From Squalus acanthias (Eukaryota), in NCBI GenBank assembly GCA_030390025.1, contig CM059432.1, forward strand, positions 91,824,001 to 91,888,000: a stretch of 64,000 nt of DNA. Direction: 5' to 3'. Below, in pieces: positions 1 through 10,277 of the stretch (the first letter of the stretch is position 1; every line of letters starts with the position of its first letter). The position numbers and the translations under genes were made by a program. The notes under the pieces are model-generated. The model did not search any database. It was not told where the DNA came from and saw only the letters and a list, made by a program, of their open reading frames with translations.

Positions 1-311
1 TTTCCACTGGCAGGAGGGCCGGTAACAAGAGGACACAGATTTAAGGTACAAAAGAACCAGGGGGAGATAAGGAAAAAGAAAAAATTCCTTAGCGAGTTGT
101 TACAATCTGGAATGCACTGCCTAAAAGGTTGGCGGCAGCAGATTCAGTAATAACTTTCAAAAGGGAATTGGATAAATACTTGATGGGGAAAAATTTGCAG
201 GGCTTTGGGAAAAGGGCAGGTGACTGGGACTAATTGGATAGCTCGTGCAGGGAGCCGGCACAGGCACAGAGGGCTGAATGGCCACCTTCTGTGCTGTATG
301 ATTCCATGATT
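1..311 (+). mobile_element. CR1 LINE 3' end fragment
   Basis: FPLAGGPVTRGHRFK-type ORF2 C-terminal coding relic followed by the CR1 3'UTR (ggctgaatggcc...gtgctgtatgattccatgat). Confidence 0.85.
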
Positions 312-474
312 TATGCAAGTTACCTTTTCATAACTGTTTCAATACTTCTGTCTTTCGTGAAATTCTTCACAGATATTTTTGTGAAGTTAAGATCTAGAAT
401 ATCAAAATAGCACCGTGAAGTCTTAAAATCTGTTATTTGCTGGAGAAAATGCAGATGTTAAGTGTTGTTTGATC

Positions 475-786
475 CTCTGTTGGTGAAGGAGTTTAGGACA
501 GGGGGACATAACGTTTATATCAGAGCCAGGCCATTCTAGAGAGAAGTTAGGAAACACTTCTTCACGCAAAGGGTGGTAGAAGTGTGGAACTCTCGCGCAA
601 AGCAATAGATGCTAGCTCAAATAACTTTAAATCTGAGATCGATAGATTTTTTTGCTAGCCAAGGGTATTAAGGGATGTGGAGCAAAGGCAGGTGGATTGA
701 CTTGGGATACAGATCAAACGTGATCTCATTGAATGGCGGAACAGGCGCAAGGGGCTTAATGGCCTCCCCCTGTTCCTATGTTCCTA
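475..786 (+). mobile_element. CR1 LINE 3' end fragment
   Basis: ORF2 tail (ttcttcacgcaaagggtggtagaagtgtggaactc) and 3'UTR ending gttcctatgttccta. Confidence 0.85.
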
Positions 787-867
787 ATAGGTTTACCTAG
801 GGTTTTGTCGTAATTCAGAAAATGCAGCAAGTGTAAAATCTTCTTTCTGCATTACTAACTCGTAGTA

Positions 868-965
868 TGGGTACAGTGGTGTAATGATTATTTTACTGGA
901 CTAGTAATTGAGAAAATGTGAGTTTAAATCCCACCATGGCAGTTTGACAATTTGATTTCAGTTTA
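868..965 (+). mobile_element. Degenerate 5' head of the tRNA-derived SINE seen at 1287
   Basis: ttactggactagtaat...gagtttaaatcccaccatggcagt matches 1309-1380. Confidence 0.6.
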
Positions 966-1286
966 GAAAAAGTCATTGAAATTTGCTAAGGCTAATTGCA
1001 AAGATTATGGCCTCTCATGTTTTATTGTACTTATTACTTCAGTTTTAACACTGTAATAAACATTATTTGAAATTATTTTCACTTGGACCTCATTAAAACT
1101 TTTATGATCACATAAATAACCTTTGGGGTGAGTCCTAAGGAAGTACATTTTCTATTTTTTTGAACTACTTTTGCTACAATTAGAAATGCAAAAGAAATCA
1201 ATTTTAAAGCAATGTTTGTATCTAGACAAAAAGCAAGTTTGTAATGGCAATTCTAATGTGATACTTGGATAAATAAAAATGATGGT

Positions 1287-1720
1287 TGGGAGTACGGTAG
1301 CATAGTTGTTACTGGACTAGTAATCTAGAGGCCTGGACTAATGATCTGGAGATATGAGTTCAAATCCCACCACGGCAGCTGGGGAATTTAATTCAGTTAA
1401 TTAAATAAATCTGGAATAAAAAGCTAGTATCAGTAATGGTGACCATGAAACTATCGGATTGTCGTTAAAAACCCATCTGGTTCACTAATGTCCTTTAGGG
1501 AAGGAAATCTGCCGTCCTTACCCGGTTTGGGCCTATATGTGACTCCAGACCCACAGCAATGTGGTTGACTCTTAACTGCTCTCTGAAATGGCCTCGCAAG
1601 CCACTCAGTTGTATTCAAGAAGATGGCTCACCACCACTTTCTCGAGGGCAATTAGGTTAGGGATGGGCAATAAATGCTGGTCTTGCCGGTGACGCCTATA
1701 TCCCATGAATGAATAAAACA
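1287..1720 (+). mobile_element. Full-length tRNA-derived SINE, MetaSINE-like central domain, 3' tail shared with LINE family B
   Basis: Pol III B box gagttcaaatcc (about 1356-1367). Central catctggttcactaatgtcctttagggaaggaaatctgccgtccttacc...gactccagacccacagcaatgtggttgactcttaactg. Tail ttcaagaag..gctcaccaccac..ctcgagggcaattagg..gatgggcaataaatgctgg matches the LINE ends at about 6855-6950 and 13981-14075. Confidence 0.8.
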
Positions 1721-3795
1721 TTTTTTTTAATGAAGATTGAAAAACTAGGGCATCTTCATTGAGCTATGAAATCTGGACATTAGTGGCATCTGCAACACTC
1801 GTATTTGGAAATAATGTGAAAGTAATTTTAAAATGTCTGATTAGAATATGTGCTATTATAGTAAATTGTCTAATTGTGCTGTTTATAATTCTGTATATCT
1901 TCAATGACAGAATTTGCAGTATGTAAATGTTGTAAATACTATTGTTTTAAGAAATCATTGTTGCAGCCAACTACAATGCATCTTTTCAGCAAAACTAGTG
2001 CTGCATTATTTCTTGAGATTGAGGAACAAAAAAGGTAATTAAATTTGAAAGTTACAGGTTTATTACTTGTTCTAGAGTGTTGAATGTGTATATCAACTTT
2101 AAGGAGGAACATCACATTTGGGGTAAAGAGGAGACATGCGATTGAAAGCGACCTTGTGAAATCTTAACATTTTGTGTTTGACCATTAGAAGCAAAAATGC
2201 TTTGGCTTATTTGTCAGCACAGTCTTGGGTTTCGGTCTTAATTGATATAAAACCCTTGGCTTATTTTGACTGCAGGGATCAGCATCTAGCAGTAGTAAAG
2301 TTGCCATTCCCTGCCCTAGTGTTTGGCAGCGAAACAGATTGGAACACTGAATATGCCATCTTGCCTCTTCTCTCCCCCCGCCTCACATCTCAGCCTTTAA
2401 GCTTTTATCATGTTGACTGAAAGTTTTGACTGTCTGATTGGATGTGTAGGAGATTGATGAGTAGCAGATTTAATTTTGAGGATAAAATAGTTTGACCTTT
2501 ATGTGAATTATAGGTGTTCTTGTGCAGTTACTTTCTGGCATGTGCTGGAAGTTCTATTTTAATGCTACCAATTGCTATTTCAGCTTCTGTGTTACTCAAA
2601 TCTCAAAAATGTGAACATTCCAATATTCATTTTGTAGTTAATCTTGTTTTTTATTTCTAGCTGGGAGGTTTTAATGATGTACACAAGAGGACTAAGCCTA
2701 AAATACAGCTGCATAAATGCTCGTTATATCTTGAAATCTGCATGTGCAGGTTTACCAAGAGTCTAGCCTTTCATATTATGTGTGTGCAGTTTTCATACAG
2801 TTTCTTGGACCTTGCTAAAAATGAAGAGGAAGGGGGAAAACACCTTTGCTAATTTGGAGAGTTATTTATTCTCTGGATCTTAGTTGAAATGATGGTTTGC
2901 CGGAGGGTTAAAATTCTGTGGGAGTGATGGCAGGAACTTCAAAAGGTAAAAGAAAGAAAGGTGTAATAAATGAGACAAAATAGGCAATAAGAAATAACAA
3001 ACCTGTGAATGGGAGTTTGAAAAATATCTGGAAGTTTAACCTATAAGTAACACGTCTTTAAAATTGAACACAGGGCTTTCTTTTTCAGGTAAATATTTAG
3101 AACCAAGGTCACAGTAGGCCCTTATCATGCTGTATTCCTTCAAATCAGACCAAAGAGTAAAAGAATAAACAATGGTTCATTGGGTAGAAACTAAAAAGGT
3201 AGAATGTTCAGTAAACAGAAGCGACTAATCTAAAGAAGAAAAATTAAGATAGTGACTCTTGGTTGGGATGCCTTGGTAAATGGGTGACGGGGAATGTAAT
3301 TTGCATTAGATATACACAAACATTTGGAGCAGGTACAGAGAGGAGCAACAAGACTGATACCAAGTGAAAATGAGATCTGTATGAGGAAAGACTAGAGAAG
3401 TTCTACTGTCTAGAAAGAAGTCAGTTAAAGGGGAACATGATTGAAAGTTAAATGTAATGAAAAGTAAATTTAAAATAGATATTGTAAAGAACTTCCATAC
3501 TCATTGATTACTTGGAGTAATTTGTCAGAGAAGAGAGTAGAGGCAAAAAGAAGGGTTGTTGAAAATGCAGCTGGGCAGTATGATGGGAGATTTTAGGGTA
3601 ATGCAGGGATGAGCTTTGATGGGTCTTTTCTCATCCTTAATTTTTCTTATGACATTGGCCCAATTGTGTGAATGGTTGAGTAAGCAGTAGTTTACTGGGT
3701 GTAACCTAAGATTTTGGGAGAAGGGAACATTGTTGACAACTGGAGTAGGTGAACAGGATGAGTGCACAGATGTGAAAAGATAAGTGTAATCATCT

Positions 3796-3930
3796 AGAAG
3801 AACGTAGGAACAGCAGTAGGCCATTTAGTCCCTCGAGCCGGCTCTGCCATTCAGTGAGATCATGGCTGATTTGTGACCTACCTCCATATACCTGCCTTTG
3901 CCCCATATCCCTTAATACCTTTGGTTATCC
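3796..3930 (-). mobile_element. CR1 3'UTR fragment
   Basis: taggaacagcagtaggccatt...gagatcatggctgat...cctccatatacctgcc is the reverse complement of the CR1 tail. Confidence 0.75.
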
Positions 3931-4920
3931 CTGCATTACCCTAAATCTCCCATCATACTGTGCAGCTGCATTTTCAACATCCCTTTTTGCCTCTACTCTC
4001 TTCCTTGACAAATTATTCCAAGTAATCATTGAGTACAGAAGTTCTTTACAATATCTATTTTAACTTTACTTTTCACTACATTTAACTTTCAATCATGTTC
4101 CTCTTTAACTAACTACTTTCTAGACAGTAGAAAGAAGCCAAACAAATGATTAGAAAAGTACAGAACAAAAGTAGAATTGGGAGTGAATAATGAGAGCACT
4201 AAGGTATACGCAGACTAGCTTTGTTGTTGCAGTCAGGCTTTTTTCAGTACTTTGTTTCTTGTATGAACGGCAATTTCCATGAACAGACTAAACCTATTAA
4301 AACATCATCAAATCTCATCTTTTACCCTCTGTCATATTGAGTTAGCTTAGCTCGGATCTAAAAATTGACTCTCAATCATGTCGTATTGCTTGCTGGAGAG
4401 CACGTAGGGATGTCCTCTGTCACCCTATCAGTTCAAAAGCTAGAAAATATAACTCTGAGCTCCTTTGTACAGGCTGTACTATTGTCTAGATTTACTTACA
4501 AATAAAATAAAACGATTCTCAAAAGTAGAAAATAGGCAAAAATACCATACTTGGTAACTTATAATTCATACAACTGAGATGACTGGCTCCTCTTGAAAAA
4601 CTTTGGGGGGGAGAAAAGCAGTTGCCGGTGGTAAATGCATAAGTCTCGATTGCTTAAACCATTAAAGATGGAGGGAACTGCTTAGAGTTCCCCCATATGA
4701 TCAGTTTAAATAAAATATTTTAGTTTCAGAGAAAACTGTTTGCAGAGTTCTTTGGAGTCCTGTAAACCTTCACCTCAGGCAGGCTGATTTGGGATGATGT
4801 AGGTAGGATGCTTCTTCAGTACATTCACTCAACAACAAAAAAATCCTTTGTCTGTTTCCTTGGTGGAGATTTCCCTTCTTGTTTCAACTATCTGATAAGC
4901 TCCTGGCTGGCTCGCCAATT

Positions 4921-5692
4921 TGTAAGATCCCAGAGGGAACCTGTTTCCAAATGGTTTGAAGTTGACCCGTATTGGTGACTTTATTCAGCACAAGCAAGAC
5001 TTAATACAATACAGTATTCGAGCAGCAGTTTACAGAGTATAATTGAGACTTGTATTACCCTGCTATACTCTGGGTAGAAGCGCGACTGTAAGTAGGCTGC
5101 ACCCTGTGTCTCTTGTCTCTCGGGTGTCTCCTTGATTCTTCCTGTAATCTTCTACTCTTTCGGAAATCTTCTACCCTTTGTGGCTGTCGAGAACCCCTTC
5201 TTATACCCTCACTCTCATTCAAAATCTATGGAGTCTTACTGAACCAATCACTGGCTTACACCCAATTCCCCAAAATCCAATCATAAAGATACCCCTTATA
5301 TCATCTGTTTTTGACCATCAAGACTCATATCTGGGATGGTCATGGCAACACAAGAACATGTTGTCATAGTCGAGATATTGCGCCCTTGATGGTCCTGTGA
5401 AAAGGCAAATGTTTTTCTCTCGTTGCCAGAGATCATAACATTCCAACACAGTTGCAGCTACATCTGACCTTGGTTCCCATAGCTCGCTCCACTCTACTCA
5501 TCCTTACTGTTGGCTAATATCCAACTTTCGTTAATTCACCCAACAGCTTCCCTATTCGACGATAGCAGTCCTCTTTCTCACCCCAGGCTGTCTAGGTTAC
5601 AGCTTACTCACAGACTTTTAATTATAAGCAAAAGGGTTACATGTCCTATATAATTTAGGTTATCACTGCATGCAATTGATGATTTTCTTACA
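4921..5692 (-). mobile_element. Putative solo LTR-like element
   Basis: Inverted termini TGTAAGA (4921) and TCTTACA (5686-5692). On the minus strand there is an AATAAA (about 4980), TATAAG (about 5200) and CCAAT-type boxes in LTR-like order. No TSD found. Confidence 0.45.
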
Positions 5693-5811
5693 CACGATTA
5701 TAAATCCATTACTGATGATTATAAAGATATTAATGAAAAGATAATAAACCAACTATTATAGAAATCAACTAATCCATGATAATCTTACTCCTGTGAGACA
5801 AACAAAGGAAG

Positions 5812-7585
5812 ATCATAAATAGGAGCAGAAGTAGGCCATTCGTCCCTCGAGCCTGCTCCACCATTCAAAACTCTCCACTGGCTGGAGTCATACCTAGCAC
5901 AAAGGAAGATGGTTAAGGTGATTGAAGGTCAATCATCACAGCCCCAGGACATCGCTGCAGGAGTTCCTCAGGGCAGTGTCCTAGGCCCATCTTCAGCTGC
6001 TTCATCAATGACCTTCCCTCCAACATAAGGTCAGAAATAATGGATGTTCGCTGATGACTGCACAGTGTTCAGTGCCATTCACAACTCCTCAGATAATGAA
6101 GCAGTCCATGCCCGCAGGGAACAAGACCTGGATGACGTTCAGGCTTGGGCTGATAAGTGGCAGGTAACATTCGCGCCACAGAAGTGCCAGGCAATGACCA
6201 TCTCCAACAAGCGAGAGTCTAAACACCGCCCCTTGACATTCAATGGCATTACCATCACCGAAACCCCCACCATCAACATCCTGGGGGGGTCACCATTGAC
6301 CAGAAACTTAACTGGACCAGCCACACAAATACTGTGGCAACAAGAGCAGGTCAGAGGCTAGGTAGGTATTCTGCTGCGAGTGTCTCACCTCCTGACTCCC
6401 CAAAGCCTTTCTACCATCTACAAGGCACAAGTAAGGAGTGTGATGGAATACTCTCCACTTGCCTGGATGAGTGCAGCTCCAACAACACTCAAGAAGCTCG
6501 ACATCATCCAGGACAAAGCAGCCCGCTTGATTGGCACCCCCTCTACCACCTTAAACATCCACTCCCTCCACCACCGGCATACTGTGGCTGCAGTGTGTAC
6601 CATCTACGAGATGGACTGCAGCAACTCGCCAAGGCTTCTTCGGCAGCACCTCCCAAACCCGCGACCTCTTCCACCTAGAAAGCCAAGGGCAGCAGACGCA
6701 TGGGAACACCACCACCTCCAAGTTCCTCTCCAAGTCACACACCATCCTGACTTAGAAATATATCGCCGATCCTTCATCATCGCTGGGTCAAAATCCTGGA
6801 ACTCCCTACCTAATAGCACTGTGGGAGTACCTTCACCACATTGACTGCAGCGGTTTAAGAAGGCGGCTCACCGCCACCTTCTCGAGGGCAATTAGGGATG
6901 GGCAATAAATCCTCGCCTTGCCAGCGACGCCCACATCCCATAAAAACGAATTGAAAAAAAAATAAGATCATGGCTGATCTGATCTTGGCCTCAACTCCAC
7001 TTTTCTGCCTGTTCCCCATAACCCTCGACTCTCCTGTAGTTCAAAAATCTGTCTATCTCAGCCTTGAATATATTCAATGACTCAGCCTCCATAGCTCTCT
7101 GGGGTAGAGAATTCCAAAGATTCACGACCATCTGAGAGAAGAAATTCCTCTTCATCTCCGTCTTAAATGGGCGACCCCTTATTCTGAAACTATGCCCGCT
7201 AGTTCTAGATTCCCCCACGAGGGGAAACATCCTCTCAGCATCTACCCTGTCAAGCCCCCTCAGCATCTTATATGTTTCAATAAGATCACCTCTCATTTTT
7301 CTAAACTCCAATGAGTATAGGTCCAACCTGCTCAAACTTTCCTCATAAGACAACCCCTTCATCCCAGGAATCAACCTAGTGAACCTTCTCTGAACTGCCT
7401 CCAATGCAAGTATATCCCTCCTCAAATAAGGAGACCAAAACTATACGCAGTACTCCAGGTGTGGGCTCACCAACGCCCTGTACAGTTGTAGCAAGACTTC
7501 CCTACTTTTATACTCCAGCCCCCTTGCAATAAAGGCCAACATTCCATTTGCCTTCCTAATTACTTGCTGTACCTGCATGCTAACT
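5812..7585 (-). mobile_element. 5'-truncated CR1 LINE, interrupted by a family-B LINE at 5869-6962
   Basis: ORF 6991-7425 is the CR1 ORF2 C-terminus (RRDILALEAVQRRFTRLIPG...). The 3'UTR is split ccattcaa|...|aataagatcatgg. Confidence 0.9.
5869..6962 (+). mobile_element. 5'-truncated non-LTR retrotransposon family B (CR1/Jockey-group RT, FADD motif), A-rich tail
   Basis: GVPQGSVLGP and MFADDCTVF RT motifs; C-terminal YKAQVRSVMEYSPLAW...SKSWNSLP; ends in an A run. Confidence 0.9.
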
Positions 7586-7825
7586 GGGTTACAGCTTACT
7601 CACAGACTTGTTCTGTGGAAGGGATGTGCTGCAGGGATCTCCCTGGTTGGTATTACTCCCAGCACATCTGCTTCATTCAATCTGCATTAAATGGATGTTT
7701 CTTACTGAGGTGGTCTGTAAACCTTCTGAAACCAGAAGTGTCTTTTTTTTTTGCTGATACAGGAAATATTTGCAGCTAAGTACTGATCTGTGTGGTTCTT
7801 TTGTGTAGAGCTGCCTTCATTATTT

Positions 7826-8015
7826 AGAAGTCGCACAACACCAGGTTATAGTCCAACAGTTTTATTTGAAATCACAAGCTTTCGGAGTTACTGCTCCTTC
7901 GTCGGGTGAAGTGATTTGCTTGTGATTTCAAATAAAACTGTTGGACTATAACCTGGTGTTGTGCGACTTCTCAATTTTGTCCACCCCAGTCCAACACCGG
8001 CATCTCCGCATCATG
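7826..8015. mobile_element. Penelope-like element terminal fragment: perfect 54-bp inverted repeat plus tail, with TSD
   Basis: 7826-7879 and 7918-7971 are exact reverse complements. Flanked by direct repeat TTCATTATTT(AG) at 7816 and 8016. The tail tttgtccaccccagtccaacaccggcatctc.gcatcatg recurs at 42896-42936. Confidence 0.75.
7872..7917 (-). ncRNA. Minimal (type I-like) hammerhead ribozyme motif with a variant core
   Basis: Minus strand UCAC-CCGACGA-AGGAG cagUaa CUCC-GAAA-GC-UU-GUGA: stem I UCAC/GUGA, core CUGANGA altered to CCGACGA, stem II GGAG/CUCC, GAAA, palindromic AGCU stem III. Confidence 0.65.
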
Positions 8016-8082
8016 TTCATTATTTAGGTTAGCTAACCCTTCAATTTCTGTGGGAAGATTATTCCCTTGGAAATCTAAAGTT

Positions 8083-8209
8083 TTGCTGGCTATGTGAAAG
8101 TTGCCTCACATTTTTCAGAGAAATCAATGGTGCAGTTGTGAATGAGTTGAAAACAATTGTACCATTGATTTCTTTGCAAAATGTGAGGTGACTTTCACAT
8201 AGCCAGCAA
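8083..8209 (+). repeat. 57-bp-stem hairpin / inverted repeat
   Basis: 8083-8139 pairs with 8153-8209 without gaps: 51 Watson-Crick pairs, 5 G-U pairs, 1 U-C mismatch, 13-nt loop. Confidence 0.9.
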
Positions 8210-8701
8210 TCACTTGGGGGAGGGCATCCTCATCTATAGAGTAAGATGATCAAATAAAGTTAATTCAAATTTACAGTAACAAATATATAATTAAGGCACT
8301 TTGGTTTCACAATTGAGTTTCAATGGGATTAATATTTTTTTTTCATATTAACTTTTTTAATCAATTTCCACTGGGTTGTTTTATAATGCATTATTTAACA
8401 TAACTAATGAAAACATAGGGGACGATTTTCCCATTGGAGGCGGGTTTCGGTTTGGGTGGGTTCCAAACCCGCCTCCACTGATAGGTTTGAAAAAATTGCG
8501 ATGATTTTTTTTTCCCCCCATGATTGGCCAGTTGATTTCAGAGGTGTGGGTTGCCCTTGGCCAATTAGTGTTTTGGGACTGAAACTCGCCTCTGCTGACA
8601 TCACTTTTCCAGCCTCATTTAAGGGCTGCTTGCTGCTTTGGATCATTCCACTGGATTTCTGTCAATGCTGCACCACCTGCAACATATTTTGAGAAACCAC
8701 T

Positions 8702-8884
8702 ATGTCCAATTCCAAGGCAAGGGCCTCCCCGAGGTTCTCGGATGAAGCGCTGCAAATGTTGGTTGAGGGGGTGAGAGCTAGCAGGGAGCTGCTCTTCCCC
8801 TCATCTGGGAGGAAGAGGCCTCCCAAAGAAACCAAGGCGCTGTGGGTCCAGCTGGCAAGGGATATAACCTCCAGATCTGTGTGC
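8702..8884 (+). pseudogene. Harbinger Myb/SANT-like DNA-binding protein, N-terminal fragment
   Basis: MSNSKARASPRFSDEALQMLVEGVRASRELLFPSSGRKRPPKETKALWVQLARDITSRSV has the PRFS...LV...LF...W..A pattern of Myb/SANT-like trihelix proteins; similarity ends abruptly (deletion). Confidence 0.8.
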
Positions 8885-9126
8885 AGATTGGGTGAATGTT
8901 TGTGTATTGATGAAATGCCATCCCTGTTGGAAAGCATTAAAATGATTTGATGGCAAAATGTTGGCGTGATGGCATCTGTTCTTTCGCCTTAGGCAGCTCC
9001 ACATTGCGGGCTCCGCGACACTTGCGTTGTCAGGTTGGTGGCCAGAGTGAAAGGAGGCCAGAGAGTCATGTCCATTGTCTGTGATGTCTTAAGATGGAGT
9101 CAAGGACACGTGCCAACATGGGCAAC

Positions 9127-10277
9127 CTATGCAAATCTGGCCAGGATAAGTGCATCATGGGCAGCCATGTGCTCGCATGCTGCCGCTGCTGCTGGTCGAT
9201 AGACCAGCGCTCGCTCCTCCTCCTCCTCAGTCTCCCCATCATCATCCTCATCTGAAGAGGCTATGAACTGAGCCACTTGCTCATCAGGAAGCTGCAAGCC
9301 ACGACGCTGTGCCATGTTGTGCAGTACACAGCAGACCACGACCATTCTGGAGACCCTGTCTGGTGTATACTGCAGGGCTCCACCTGATCGGTCAAGGCAC
9401 CAGAAGCGCATCTTCAACAACCCAATGGTTTGCTCGATGATGGACCTGGTCGAAGTATGGCTGGCATTGTAGCGCTCTTCAGCCTCGTTAGCTGGCCTCC
9501 TGATCAGCGTCATTAGCCACTTCTTCAGGGGGTAGCCTTTGTCACCAAGGAGCCATCCGTTAAGTTGGTTTGGCAGATTGAAAAGCGGAGGAGCACTAGA
9601 GTTCCGCAGGATGAAAGAGTCATGGCAACTACCACAGAACCTGGCGCAAACATGCAAAAACTCCTTGTGGTTACACACCAGCTGTATGTTGAGGGAGTGG
9701 AAGCCCTTGCGGTTGACAAAGGTAGCTGGGTTGTGATGGTGCCCTAAGGGCCACGTGTGCAGTCTATGACGCCCTGCACCATTGGCAAGCCTGTCATATT
9801 TGCAAAGCCAACCGAATGCGCGGTTATACTTGCTTGATCCCTTGAGAACTGGGAGATGCCGCTGATGTCTACTGATGATCCCTGGAAGGAGCCTGAGGCA
9901 AAGAAGTTGAGTGCGGTGGTGACTTTGACAGCCACTGGTAAGGGGTGTCCACCCGTTCCTCTGGGCACCAGGTCTTACTGCAGCAGTCCGCAGATCTCTC
10001 GGACAACCTCTCGTGAAAGTCTCAGCCTCCTTTGGCACTGCTACTCACTCATGTTGAGGTAGCTCATCCTCTGTCTGTAAACCCTCTGTCGGGGGTATCT
10101 CCTGCGGCGAGGTGCCTCGATGTGCTGGCGCCTTCTGCCCTGTGCAGCATCAGGTGGGTGAGCAGGAGTTTGGGGCTCCTGCTGCTGTTGCTGCTGAGCT
10201 GCCTGATTCTGCTGCTGCCGTGGATGCTCCTCATCCGAATCTGAGGTCCATGGTGAAAGGAAATGAATGGTTCCCAT
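9127..10277 (-). pseudogene. Harbinger (HARBI1-like) DDE transposase, disrupted
   Basis: Pieced from three ORFs: ...[16 protein letters not shown]...VQGVIDCT (D)...[14 protein letters not shown]...GSCHDSFIL...[10 protein letters not shown] (D)...[23 protein letters not shown] (E)...CCVLHN. Contains stops, a frameshift and an internal deletion. Confidence 0.92.

Noticed and set aside
2661..2749. Candidate upstream exon after tttttatttctag
   Set aside because: Translation does not resemble the ZC2HC1A N-terminal exons, the donor is weak and the phase is incompatible with exon 11482.
9127..10038. 303-aa ORF as a functional host HARBI1 gene
   Set aside because: The first ~80 aa are out of frame with the transposase. 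Upstream parts carry stops and a deletion, and it lies beside a truncated Myb-like ORF within transposon-like ends: a dead transposon, not the domesticated gene.
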